Assembly: GCA_963832165.1 (NCBI GenBank)
Contig: CAWHTE010000004.1
Coordinates: forward strand, 384,001 to 448,000
Direction: 5' to 3'
DNA from: an uncultured delta proteobacterium
GTDB taxonomy: Bacteria > Myxococcota_A > UBA9160 > SMWR01
Length of the DNA stretch: 64,000 nucleotides
The notes beneath the pieces are model-generated. The model made no database searches. It worked only from the letters and a program-made list of their open reading frames with translations, and was not told the origin of the DNA. Numbering within the stretch: the stretch's first letter is position 1; every line of letters begins with the position of its first letter. Below are positions 29,029 through 39,187 of the stretch, one piece after another. The translations under genes and the position numbers were made by a program.

Positions 29029-32000
29029 ATGACGACGCACGTTTCGGATGGTCGTCGCGGCTCTGCTAGTCGCCGGGGCTCGCCGTGCGCACGAGTTCAA
29101 AGTGCTCGTGTACACGGAGGCGCTCGGGCTCGCACACCTCGACTCCGGCGGGCGTGGCCGCGGTACAGGGCTCGCGCGTAACGGATTCTCGTCGACACGC
29201 GCGGATTCGGCGGCCTTCACGATGCGATCTCGCGCAGTACGCGGCGGTGATCTGGCTCTCACGACAGGCGAGTGCTCGACGTCCCGAGCAGGCGGCCTTC
29301 GAGCGCTACGTGCGGGCCGGCGATGGCTACGTCGGGGTCCATGCGCGGCCGACACCGAGTGGACTGGGCGTGGTACGGGAGTTTGGTCGGGGCATACATC
29401 GCCGCCCCACGCTGACCGGTTGCACGATGGGCGGCGACACTCGAGGTTTCCGACGGCTGCACCCGTCGAGCGGCACCGCTGCCGCTGCTCTGGACGCGGA
29501 CCGACGAGTGGTACGACTTCGCGACGAACCCGCGCGGCTCAGGTCCATGTGCTGCGCACGGTCTGGACGAGAGCACCTACGACGACGGTGGGATGGGCTT
29601 CGACCACCCGATCGCCTGGTGCCATGCCTACGACGGCGGGCGCTCCTGGTACACCGGCGGTCGGCCATACGTCCGAGAGCTACTCCGAGCCGCTGTTCCT
29701 GCGAGCACCTGCTGGGGGAATCCGTGGGGCGGGCGACGTCGAGCGCGAGTGCGGCGGCACGATCTGGGCCAACTACCAGAAGGTCCAGCTCGACGGTACC
29801 ACCACGAACCCGATGGAGATGGACATCGCGCCCGACGGCCGCGTCTTCTTCATCGAGCGCGACGGCGCGCTCAAGATCTGGAAGCCGGATATCCAGCAGA
29901 CCGTGGTCGCGGGCAACATCGCTGTCACGACGGCGGGCGAGGGCGGCTTCCTCGGTGTTGCCTCGCCCGGAATTCTCACAGAACCACCACATCTTCCTCT
30001 ACTTCTCGGAGCCGGCAGCGGGACCTGCGGCCCCGCCAATGCGGGCGTGAGCACCTGCGGCGACAACGTGCTCGCGCGCTTCACGATGAACGGAGAAGTG
30101 CTGGACGTCGCCTCGCGGATCGACGTGCTGCGGGTGGGGATGCAGCGCGAGCAGTCCACCCACAACGCGGGCGCGCTCGAGTTCGGTCCGAACGGCGATC
30201 TCTATCTGGCGACGGGCGACGACACCGAGCCGTTCCAATCGGCGGGCTTCAACCCGATCGACGAGCGTCCGGGTCGCGCGCCATTCGACGCCCAGAGGTC
30301 GGCGGCCAACACCAACGATCTGCGCGGGAAGATCCTGCGCATCCATCCGGAGCCCGACGGCAGCTACACGATCCCACCCGGAAACCTGTTCGCGCCAGGC
30401 ACGGCGCTCACGCGCCCGGAGATCTACGTGATGGGCCTGCGCAACGCATTCGCGTCGACATCGATCCCCCGACGGGCCTGCTCGTGATCGGCGAGAACGG
30501 TCCGGATGCGCCGGGGGACGTGCCGGGTCGCGGCCCGAGCGGCCGCGTCGAGTGGAACCTGGTCACGCAGGCCGCGAACATGGGCTGGCCGTACTGCATC
30601 GGCAACAACGTTCCGTACAACGACTTCAACTTCGCCACGAGCACGCCTGGGCCCGCGTTCGACTGCACCAATCTCGTGAACGACTCCCCTAACAACACCG
30701 GCCTCGCGAATCTGCCGCCGTCGCAGCCGGCGGTGGTGTGGTACGGAATCACCAGCTCGAGCGAGTTCCCCGAGGTGAATACCGCCCAGGGCTTCGGCTC
30801 CTCCTCGCCGGCGGCGGCCCGGTCTTCCACCACGATCCCGGGCTTGTTTCCGACGTCCAGTTCCCGGCCTACTACGACGGTGTGCCGTTCTTCTTCGAGT
30901 GGGGCCGGAGCATGCTCTGGGAGCTGCGCCTCGACGGAAGCGGGAACCTCCACAAGCTGAACCGGCTGTCCCTCGCTCGACTTCAGCTCCCCGATCGACA
31001 TCGAGTTCGGCCCCGACGGGGCGCTCTACGTGCTGGAGTGGGGCGCCGGCTTGGACCCGAACGTCGATCCGACCCAGGAACTCGTGCGCGTGGAGTACCG
31101 CCCGGGCCAGGGAGGCCAGCACGCGCCGGTCGTCGTGGCGACTGCCACGCCTGAATCGGGCTAGCCGCCACTCGCCGTCGACTTCTCGAGCGAAGGAACC
31201 TTCGATCTCGAGAACGACCCGATCACCTTGGCATGGGACTTCGAGTCGGACGGGACGGTGGATTCGACGGATCCGGCGCCCTCGTTCACGTATGCGGCGA
31301 ACGGGCTGTACAACGCGAGGCTCACCGTCACCGATGACACCGAACGCAGCGCCGTCGCGAACCTGCCGATCGCGGTCGGCAACACGCGGCCGACGGTCGC
31401 CTTCGCGTGGCCGCCGAACGGGAGCTTCTTCGAGTTCGGTGACTACGTCCGCTACCAGCTGGACGTTCAGGACTCGGAGGACGGAGTGATCGACTGCTCC
31501 GAGGTGACCTTGCAGCTGGAGTTCGGTCACGCGACGCACGCGCACCCGCTGTTCCAGAGACCAGGCTGCGCTGGCTTCTTCCAGACCGCGAGCGATGGTG
31601 GGCACGGCTTCGACGCGAAGTTCTTCTACGTCATCACCGGCAGCTACACCGACCACGGCGGGACCAGCGTCGGGCCGTTGACTGGCAGGACGCTTCACGT
31701 CCTCCAGCCGAAGCGCAAGCAGGCGGAGTACTATGACGACCAGAGCGGCGTCGTGGTGAGGCCCAGCAACGAGCCGGGCGGGCACGGCCATCACGTGTCG
31801 GAGATCGAGGACGGAGACTGGATCGCGATCGATCCCGTGAACCTCCACCAGATCGACTCGGTCACCTACCGCGTGTCGGCGCTCGGGCTCGGCGGCCGGA
31901 TCGAGGTGCACGTGGATGCGCCGGATGGGCCGCTGATCTCGGAAACGGACACCTTCCTGCCCACCTTGGACGATCAGGTCTACCAGGACGTCACCGCGCC

Positions 32001-32484
32001 GATCACCGACCTGGGCGGCACGCACAAGCTCTACATCGTGTTCCGGGGCCTCCCGATCGTGCCGCGGCTGTTCAACGTCAACTGGATCGACTTCAACGGC
32101 GTCGGCATCAGCGCAGTGGACGTCGACCTCGACGGAGTGGACAACGAGCAGGACAACTGCGCGTTCGTCGCGAACGACCAGATCGACAGCGGCGGAATCA
32201 ACGGCGCCACGCCTGACGGCATCGGCGACGCCTGCCAGTGCGGCGACGTCAGCGGCAACGGGATCGTGAACGGCCAGGACGCCAACGCGATCAAGCGCCA
32301 CGGTCTCGGCGTGGAGCCGAACCCGGTCTTCGAGGTGCCGGGGAACTGCGACGTGACGGGCAATGGCTTGTGCAACGGACAGGACGCAGGCGCGCTGAAA
32401 CGCGCCGTGCTGAGTCTCCCGTCGCCGACCTTCGGCGAGAAGTGCCACAACGCCACCGGGACGCCGATACCGCCGGGTCTGTGA
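29029..32484 (+). CDS. Large secreted multidomain protein: ThuA + PQQ-type sugar dehydrogenase propeller + PKD + CBM6-like + TSP3 + dockerin; many frameshifts and an in-frame TAG at 31162 (sequencing error or pseudogene)
   Basis: GYVGVHA, DEWYDF, DHPIAWCH.YDGGRSWYT (ThuA); HNAGALEFGPNGDLY, NDLRGKILRI, EIYVMGLRN (propeller); AWDFESDG (PKD); IEDGDWI..GGRIEVH.D..NVNWIDF (CBM6); TATAGT 5 nt before ATG. Confidence 0.8.
32125..32460 (+). repeat. TSP3 + dockerin-like C-terminal module, copy 1
   Basis: DLDG...DNC.FVAN..Q.D.GGIN..TPDGIGDACQC-GDVSGNGIVNGQDANAIKR...CDVTGNGLCNGQDAGALKR. Confidence 0.85.
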
Positions 32485-32519
32485 GCGGCGATCGCAGCGG
32501 GGAAGAGGAGAGCAGCCAG

Positions 32520-33776
32520 ATGCGACGACGAAATCCTCGGTGCCGTTCCGCGACCGTGTGGGCGCTGTTCTGCGCACTCCTCGTCGCGGAGAGCGCGAGC
32601 GCGCAGGGGCCGCGCGTGCTCGTCTACAGCGGCACATACGGGTTCCGACACGGATCGATCGACACCGCCAATGCGGAGATCCAGGAGATCGCCGACACCG
32701 GTGCCTTCACGGTGGAATTCACCGAGGACCCCGCCGAGTTCACGCCGGCTCTCTACGCGAATTTCGACGTGATCTTCTGGCAGAACACGACCGGCGAGAT
32801 CCCGCTCACCGCCGATCAGAAGGCCGACTACCTGCAGTTCCACCTGTGCGGCGGCGGCTACATGGGCGCGCATGCCTCGACCGATGCGAACTACGAATGG
32901 GCCGACTACGGCGAGCTCGTGGGGGTCTACTTCTTCCAACACCCTCATCTGGGCTACTGCCAGGGCGACCTGCTGGCGCCCGAGTTCCCGTGCGAGGGCG
33001 ACGCGAACAACGACATCCCCGCCTTCGTGGGCGGCGACGCGACGCTGATCGTCGAAGACCAGGCGCATCCCGCGACCGCTCCGTGGCATGGCAGCCCCTC
33101 GTTTCGTTGGGCCGACGAGTACTACCTGTTCAGGGACCGCGACGGTGATCTGCTCAGCGCGGACCCGCGCGGCTACCAGGACGTGCACACGCTGATCGCG
33201 CTGGACGAGCTTTCCACGATGGCGCCGGTCGCGTATCCGCACCATCAGCCGCTCGCGTGGACGAAGACCTTCCGCGGCGAGGGGCGCGTCTTCTACACGA
33301 ACCTCGGCCACAACAAGTACACCTGGCGCGCTCCGGAGTTCCATGAGCACCTGCTCGGAGGGCTCGAATGGGTGGCGGCCGTGCGCCCCGATCCGCTGTG
33401 CGTGGCCGCGATCGGCGATCCGGATCTCGACGGCCTGCGCAACGCTTCGGACAACTGCCCGTTCGTCGCCAATGCGGGACAAGCAGACCGCGGCGGGATC
33501 AACACGACGACGCCCGACGGGATCGGCGATGCCTGCCAATGCGGCGACGTGACGGGCAACGGAATGGTGAATGGCCAGGACGCGAACGCGATCCGGCGTC
33601 ACGGCCTCGGTCTGGAGCCGAACCCGATCTTCATCGTCCCGGGCAACTGCGACGTGACCGGCAATGGCAACTGCAACGGACAGGACGCGAACGCGATCAA
33701 GCGCGTCGCGCTCGGACAGACGAGCCCGCAATTCGGACAGAACTGCCACAACGCCATCGGAGGGCCGTTCCGGTAA
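32520..33776 (+). CDS. Secreted ThuA-domain protein with TSP3 + dockerin tail
   Basis: Signal peptide ending ASA; VLVYSGTYGFRHGSI, GGGYMGAHASTD, DEYY, GRVFYTNLGH. Confidence 0.88.
   Translation: MRRRNPRCRSATVWALFCALLVAESASAQGPRVLVYSGTYGFRHGSIDTANAEIQEIADTGAFTVEFTEDPAEFTPALYANFDVIFWQNTTGEIPLTADQKADYLQFHLCGGGYMGAHASTDANYEWADYGELVGVYFFQHPHLGYCQGDLLAPEFPCEGDANNDIPAFVGGDATLIVEDQAHPATAPWHGSPSFRWADEYYLFRDRDGDLLSADPRGYQDVHTLIALDELSTMAPVAYPHHQPLAWTKTFRGEGRVFYTNLGHNKYTWRAPEFHEHLLGGLEWVAAVRPDPLCVAAIGDPDLDGLRNASDNCPFVANAGQADRGGINTTTPDGIGDACQCGDVTGNGMVNGQDANAIRRHGLGLEPNPIFIVPGNCDVTGNGNCNGQDANAIKRVALGQTSPQFGQNCHNAIGGPFR
33423..33761 (+). repeat. TSP3 + dockerin-like C-terminal module, copy 2
   Basis: Closely similar to 32125-32460 at both protein and DNA level. 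Confidence 0.85.
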
Positions 33777-33810
33777 TCGAGGTGCCACCTGATGTGAGGC
33801 CGGTCGCCCC

Positions 33811-34302
33811 GTGATCGCTGGACTGGCGCATACCGGAGTCTGCGTCCCGAATCTCGCGGAAGCCGTCCGGTGGTACACCCAGGTCCTGGGGCTCGTCGTG
33901 CTCTCGCCTCCGGCCCGGATCGAGGGCCGCGCAATCGAAGCGGACATGGGCGAGATGATCCCGGGCATCGTGCTCCAGGCGGCGATCCTGGGCGTCGAGG
34001 GCTCCGGAGACCGCGTGCTCGAAGTGATCGAGTACCCGAAGCACCCGGGACGCCCGAAGCGAGAGGGCTGGGCTCTCACGGATCACGGCTTCTCGCACGT
34101 GGGCCTGGTCTGCGACGACGTTGCGGCGACCCGCGCGGAGCTCGAAGCACGGGGCGTGCGCTTCCTGACCCGCGGCACCGCGGAGATCACGGGGCTCAAG
34201 ACGACCTGGTTCGAAGACCCCTATGGCAACGTGTTCATCCTCATGGAGAAGGGCGCGGCGCAGCTACCGTACTTCCGGCAGTGGGCGGCAACCGCCCGGT
34301 AG
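33811..34302 (+). CDS. VOC / glyoxalase family protein
   Basis: HTGVCV.NL....WY..VLG, LEVIEY, HVGLVCDDV, FEDPYGN. Confidence 0.85.
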   Translation: MIAGLAHTGVCVPNLAEAVRWYTQVLGLVVLSPPARIEGRAIEADMGEMIPGIVLQAAILGVEGSGDRVLEVIEYPKHPGRPKREGWALTDHGFSHVGLVCDDVAATRAELEARGVRFLTRGTAEITGLKTTWFEDPYGNVFILMEKGAAQLPYFRQWAATAR

Positions 34303-34314
34303 AAAGGAAATCAG

Positions 34315-35169
34315 GTGACGGATTCGTCGGCCTATACGCCTCCGAGAGTGTGGACGTGGGAGACCGAGAGCGGCGGGCGGTTCGCCAAGATCAATCGCCC
34401 GACCGCGGGAGCCACCCACGAGAAAGAGCTGCCGGTCGGTGAGCATCCCCTCCAGCTGTACTCGCTCGCGACACCGAATGGCGTCAAGGTCACCGTGCTG
34501 CTCGAGGAGCTCCTCGAGATCGGCCGGCCGGCCGAGTACGACGCCTACGTGGTCAACATCGGGACCGGGGATCAGTTCGGAAGCGGCTTCGTGGCGATCA
34601 ATCCGAACTCCAAGATCCCGGCGCTGCTCGATCGCAGCACGACGCCTCCGGCGCGCATCTTCGAATCCGGAGCGATCCTGCTCTACCTCGCGGAGAAGTT
34701 CGGCGCGTTCGTGCCCACGCAAACGCAGGCGAGTGCGCGCGCGGAGTGCCTGTCGTGGCTGTTCTGGCAGATGGGCGCCACTCCGTTCCTCGGCGGCGGC
34801 TTCGGCCACTTCTACGCCTACGCGCCCGAGAAGCTCGAGTACCCGATCAACCGCTACACGATGGAGGTCAAGCGCCAGCTCGACGTCCTCGATCGCCACC
34901 TCGCCGACCACCAGTTCCTCGTCGGCGGCGACTACACGATCGCGGACATGGCCGTCTGGCCGTGGTACGGCGGACTCGTGATCCACAACCTCTACGATGC
35001 GGAGATCTTCCTGGAGGCGAAGTCGTACAAGAACGTGCTGCGCTGGGCCCAGGAGATCCAGGAGCGCCCCGCGGTTCGCCGCGGCGAGCGCGTGAACAAG
35101 CCGTGGGGACCCGAAGAGCTGCGCGTGCCCGAGCGGCACTCTGCGCGCGATTTCGCGAAAGGAAAGTGA
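34315..35169 (+). CDS. yghU: Glutathione-dependent disulfide-bond oxidoreductase (nu-class GST)
   Basis: YTPPRVW, INRPTAG.THEKELPVG.HPLQLYSLATPNGVKV, INPNSKIPAL, FESGAILLYLAEK, PERH. Confidence 0.93.
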   Translation: MTDSSAYTPPRVWTWETESGGRFAKINRPTAGATHEKELPVGEHPLQLYSLATPNGVKVTVLLEELLEIGRPAEYDAYVVNIGTGDQFGSGFVAINPNSKIPALLDRSTTPPARIFESGAILLYLAEKFGAFVPTQTQASARAECLSWLFWQMGATPFLGGGFGHFYAYAPEKLEYPINRYTMEVKRQLDVLDRHLADHQFLVGGDYTIADMAVWPWYGGLVIHNLYDAEIFLEAKSYKNVLRWAQEIQERPAVRRGERVNKPWGPEELRVPERHSARDFAKGK

Positions 35170-35170
35170 C

Positions 35171-35692
35171 ATGGCGGTTTCCTTCTACGACACGAGCATC
35201 GGCACCTACCTCCAGACGCTCGGCGCCCTGGGCGGCGTCCTGGGGAAGGGCCGCGCGCACTGCGAGGCGAACGGCATCGACTTGAACGAGGTCGTGGAGA
35301 CGCGCCTGCATCCCGACATGCACCCGTTCCGCTTCCAGCTCTTCGCGGTGGAGCACATGACCGTCGGCGCGCTGAAGGGGCTCCAGACGGGCCGGTTCGG
35401 GCCGCCCGGGTCGCTGAAGGAGCTCGACTTCTCGGGCCTCCAGCAGCTCGTCGCGGATGCCCACGGCGAGCTCTCGAAGGTCTCGCGCGAGAGTGTGGAC
35501 GCGCTCGAGGGAAACCAGGTCACGTTCCAGATCGGCGACTTCAAGATGCCGTTCACGGCCGCGAACTTCGTGCTCTCGTTCACGCTGCCGAACCTCTTCT
35601 TCCACGCCACCACGGCCTACGACATGCTGCGCATGAAGGGCGTGCCGATCGGCAAGATCGACTTCCTGGGCCCGATGCGGATCGGGGTCTGA
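35171..35692 (+). CDS. DUF1993 family protein
   Basis: RLHPDMHPF..Q, LPNLFFHATTAYDMLR..GV.IGK.DFLG. Confidence 0.9.
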   Translation: MAVSFYDTSIGTYLQTLGALGGVLGKGRAHCEANGIDLNEVVETRLHPDMHPFRFQLFAVEHMTVGALKGLQTGRFGPPGSLKELDFSGLQQLVADAHGELSKVSRESVDALEGNQVTFQIGDFKMPFTAANFVLSFTLPNLFFHATTAYDMLRMKGVPIGKIDFLGPMRIGV

Positions 35693-35693
35693 G

Positions 35694-37184
35694 GTGGCCC
35701 GCTTCGACAGCATCCTGGGCACGATCGGGCGCACGCCGGTCGTGCGCATCAACAAGCTCGCGCCCGAACACGTGAACCTCTACGTGAAGATCGAGGCCTT
35801 CAACCCGATGGGCTCGGTGAAGGACCGGCTCGCGCTCGGCGTGATCGAGGACGCCGAGCGCAGCGGGAAGCTCTCGCCGGGCCAGACCGTGGTGGAGGCG
35901 ACCAGCGGCAATACGGGCATCGGGCTCGCGATGGTGTGCGCGCAGAAGGGCTACCCGCTCGTCGTGACGATGGCGGAGAACTTCTCCGTCGAGCGGCGCA
36001 AGATGATGCGCTTCCTGGGCGCGAAGGTGGTGCTGACTCCCGCGGCGCAGAAGGGCAGCGGCATGCTCGCGAAGGCGGTCGAGCTCGCCGAGACGCACGG
36101 CTGGTTCCTGTGCCGGCAGTTCGAGAACGAGGCGAACGCCGACATGCACAGCCGCACCACGGCGCCCGAGATCCTCGCCGACTTCGCGGGAGACCGGCTC
36201 GACTACTTCGTCACGGGCTACGGCACGGGCGGGACGCTCAAGGGCGTGGCGCGCGTGCTGCGCGTGGAACGGCCCGACACGCAGGTGGTGGTCTGCGAGC
36301 CCGACAACGTTCCGATCCTGTCGAGCGGCATCCCGCAGCCGCGCGCCTCGGACGGCGCGCCCGCGGGCAGCCATCCGAGCTTCCGCCCGCACGTGATGCA
36401 GGGCTGGACGCCCGACTTCATCCCGAAGCTCACCGAAGATGCCGTGACGATGAAGCTGATCGACCGGATCCTGCCCGTGAACGGCGCGGATGCGATGCGC
36501 TGCTCGCGCCAGCTCGCGCAGGAGGAGGGGATCTTCGTCGGGATCACGGCGGGCGCCACGTTTGCCGGGGCGCTCCAGGTCTGCGCGGACGCGCCACCGG
36601 GCGCGAACGTGCTGTGCATGCTGCCCGACACCGCGGAGCGCTACCTCTCCACGCCGCTGTTCGCGGACGTGCCCGCCGAGATGACCGATGAAGAGATGCT
36701 GATCTCGGTCTCGACGCCGAACTACCGCTTCGACGTGAGCACGCCCGCACCGCCGCCCGCGCAGAGCGCGAGCGCACCGCCTGCCGTCGAGGCCGACGCG
36801 ACCGCGTTCGTCGCGGACGTCGTGGGCGATCGCGCGCAGCCCGTCGTGATGTTCGCGCTCGAGTGGTGCGAGTTCTGCTGGTCGGTACGGCGTCTGTTCG
36901 GCAAGTACAAGATCCCGTACCGATCGATCGACCTCGATTCGGTCGAATACCAGCAGGGTGACCGCGGCGGCAAGATCCGCGCCGCGCTCACCGCGCGCAC
37001 ACAGGTCGCGACGATCCCGCAGATCTTCGTGGGCGGCGAGCTGATCGGCGGCGCTACCGACGTGCTCCAGGCAGCGAAGGACGGGCGGCTCCAGAGGCTG
37101 CTCGAAGCGAGTCACGTCGCGTTCGACCCCGCGGTCGGCGACGAGCCGCTGTCGTTCCTGCCGGGCTGGCTGCACCCGCGCTAG
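35694..37184 (+). CDS. cysK: Cysteine synthase (PLP) fused to a C-terminal glutaredoxin domain
   Basis: NPMGSVKDR, EATSGNTG, GTGGT, LPDTAERYLST; Pro/Ala linker; WCEFC..TIPQIFVGG..IGG Grx motifs. Confidence 0.88.
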   Translation: MARFDSILGTIGRTPVVRINKLAPEHVNLYVKIEAFNPMGSVKDRLALGVIEDAERSGKLSPGQTVVEATSGNTGIGLAMVCAQKGYPLVVTMAENFSVERRKMMRFLGAKVVLTPAAQKGSGMLAKAVELAETHGWFLCRQFENEANADMHSRTTAPEILADFAGDRLDYFVTGYGTGGTLKGVARVLRVERPDTQVVVCEPDNVPILSSGIPQPRASDGAPAGSHPSFRPHVMQGWTPDFIPKLTEDAVTMKLIDRILPVNGADAMRCSRQLAQEEGIFVGITAGATFAGALQVCADAPPGANVLCMLPDTAERYLSTPLFADVPAEMTDEEMLISVSTPNYRFDVSTPAPPPAQSASAPPAVEADATAFVADVVGDRAQPVVMFALEWCEFCWSVRRLFGKYKIPYRSIDLDSVEYQQGDRGGKIRAALTARTQVATIPQIFVGGELIGGATDVLQAAKDGRLQRLLEASHVAFDPAVGDEPLSFLPGWLHPR

Positions 37185-37200
37185 CGATAGCGCTGGCGGT

Positions 37201-37659
37201 TCAGCGCACCTCGAACTCGCGTGTGCCCGCCGGCTTCCCGTCCAGCGCGATCTCCACGCGGTAGCGGCCCGCAGGCCATCCGTCCGCCTTGGCGATGTGG
37301 AACTCGGTGGCGGCGGCGCGGTCGGAAGCGGCGACCGTCTGGCTGTTCTCGTTGACGAGCTGGCCGTCCTCGAACGTCCAGCGCGCACTCAGCTTGGCCG
37401 CGGGCGCGTTGTCGGTCACGACCGTCGCGTAGATCGTGTCGCTGGGGGAGAAGGTCGTCTTCTCCGCGCCCGGAGCGACGCGTCCGTCGTCGGTCAGCGC
37501 GCTGCCGAGCTCGATCCCCGTCACGCGAGCGGCGGCTGCCGGGGCCGACGGAGCCGAGACGGCCGGCGGTTGTGCGGGCGTCGTCGAGCTTCCGGTGCGG
37601 TCGCACGCCGCGGTCGAAAACGAGATCAGGAGCAACACGACGAGATTCAGCTTTCGCAT
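37201..37659 (-). CDS. Lipoprotein with Ig-like beta-sandwich domain
   Basis: Lipobox STAA-C; Pro/Ala linker; F.P.DTIY, GWPAGRYRVEI.LDG. Confidence 0.75.
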   Translation of the reverse strand: MRKLNLVVLLLISFSTAACDRTGSSTTPAQPPAVSAPSAPAAAARVTGIELGSALTDDGRVAPGAEKTTFSPSDTIYATVVTDNAPAAKLSARWTFEDGQLVNENSQTVAASDRAAATEFHIAKADGWPAGRYRVEIALDGKPAGTREFEVR

Positions 37660-37675
37660 GATGGCCTCCGTCGAC

Positions 37676-37930
37676 CTACAGGGACTTCTGGGCCGCAGGG
37701 ATCTTGAGCTTCTGACCCGGTCGGATCAGATCGGGATCCTCGATCTGGTCGCGGTTCGCTTCGAAGATCTTCTGCCAGCGGTTGCCGTCTCCGTAGAAGC
37801 GCTTTGCGATCTTGGACAGGCTGTCGCCCGTCGCGACCGTGTACCACTGATCCTGCGCGGTCTCGCCCGAAACGGGCCGAGTCGACGAGCCGGACTTCAC
37901 GTTCGAGAAGTCGGGGCGGTCCTTCGCCAT
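37676..37930 (-). CDS. Small LysM-domain protein (Kbp/YgaU C-domain-like)
   Basis: YTV..GDSLSKIAKRFYG....WQKIFEANRDQI.DPDLI.PGQKLKIP; SD GGAGG. Confidence 0.9.
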   Translation of the reverse strand: MAKDRPDFSNVKSGSSTRPVSGETAQDQWYTVATGDSLSKIAKRFYGDGNRWQKIFEANRDQIEDPDLIRPGQKLKIPAAQKSL

Positions 37931-38008
37931 GGTCACCTCCCATAGCCCCCCGACCAGAACCAGGATAGGTCTGGATGGCGATCCGCGAAACCGCCGTCCG
38001 AATAGTCG

Positions 38009-39187
38009 TCAGGCGCGGTCGAAGCGGATCGGCAACCGCGTCGGGCCGTGCACGTGGAACGCGCGGCGTGGCTCCCACGCGTCCGTCGCGAGCTCGAAGC
38101 TCTTCACGCGCGCGAGCAGGTCGCCGAGCGCGATGCGCGCCTCCAGGCGGGCGAGCGCGGCGCCGAGGCAGAAGTGGATGCCGTGGCCGAACGCGATGTG
38201 CGGATTGGGGTCGCGTGCGACGTCGAACCGATCGGGTTCCGAGAATTGCGACGCGTCGCGGTTCGCAGCGCCGATCACCGCGAGCACGAGCACGCCGGCC
38301 GGGATCCGTCGGCCGTGCAGCTCGACCGCGCGCTTCGTCATGCGGAACACGGCCTGGATCGGCGTGCGGTAGCGCAACACCTCTTCGATCGCGGACGGGA
38401 GCAGGCTGGGCTCCGCGCGCACGCGCGCGAGCTGCGCGGGGTGCTCGGCGAAGCACAGGACCGCGTTGCCGATCAGGTTCGTGGTCGTCTCGCTGCCCGC
38501 CACGAGCAGCAGCTGGAAGAACGCCAGGATCTCTTCTTCCGTGAGTCTCGTGCCGTCGATCTCGGCCGCGGCCAGTCGCGTCAGCAGATCGTCCTGGGGC
38601 GCGCGGCGGCGCGCTTCGAGCAATTCCGCGAGGTAGGGGCGCATCTCCGCGGCGGCCTTTCGAAATTCGCGCACGGCGTGCTCTGCAGCAGCGCCCCCGG
38701 CCGCGATCGTGTCGGACAGACCCAGGATCACCTCGCTCCAGCGCCGGAACTGCGGCCGGTCCGCGCTCGGGATCCCGATCAGCTCCGCGATCACGAGCAG
38801 CGGCAGCGGAATCGAGAAATCCGCGCACAGGTCCATCTGTCCGAGCGGGGTCACGGGGTCGAGCAGCTCGCGCGCGAGCTGCGCGATGCGCGGCTCGAGC
38901 GCCGCCACCGCGCGCGGCGTGAACGCGCGCAAGATCAGCGCGCGCAGCTGCGCGTGGCGCGGCGGGTCCTGGAAGATCAGCCACTCGAGCGGCGCGCCTC
39001 CATCGGCCGACGCGCGCGAGCTCCAGGTGTCGTGGTCGTGGAGCGCGCTCTTCACGCCCTCGTAGTCGAGGATCAGCCAGAGACCGGTCGTCGCGTCGTG
39101 ATGGACCGGTGAGCGGCGCAGCTCGGCGTACACGGGATAAGGATTGCGGCGGCCCTCGGCACCGAGCAGCTGCAGCAGCGCCGTCAC
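38009..39187 (-). CDS. Cytochrome P450
   Basis: DPPRH..LR, AGSETT, EEVLRY, FGHGIHFCLG; GTG start overlaps the upstream stop. Confidence 0.93.
   Translation of the reverse strand: MTALLQLLGAEGRRNPYPVYAELRRSPVHHDATTGLWLILDYEGVKSALHDHDTWSSRASADGGAPLEWLIFQDPPRHAQLRALILRAFTPRAVAALEPRIAQLARELLDPVTPLGQMDLCADFSIPLPLLVIAELIGIPSADRPQFRRWSEVILGLSDTIAAGGAAAEHAVREFRKAAAEMRPYLAELLEARRRAPQDDLLTRLAAAEIDGTRLTEEEILAFFQLLLVAGSETTTNLIGNAVLCFAEHPAQLARVRAEPSLLPSAIEEVLRYRTPIQAVFRMTKRAVELHGRRIPAGVLVLAVIGAANRDASQFSEPDRFDVARDPNPHIAFGHGIHFCLGAALARLEARIALGDLLARVKSFELATDAWEPRRAFHVHGPTRLPIRFDRA

Noticed and set aside
31162..31164. In-frame TAG as pyrrolysine or programmed readthrough
   Set aside because: Non-catalytic position in a PKD domain, no pyl genes in view, TAG is used as a normal stop throughout the window, and the gene is error-rich
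37178..37193. GCGCTA-GCGA-TAGCGC hairpin as a member of the G.A repeat family
   Set aside because: A plain 6-bp stem with a tetraloop between convergent stops and no tandem G.A; at most a weak terminator
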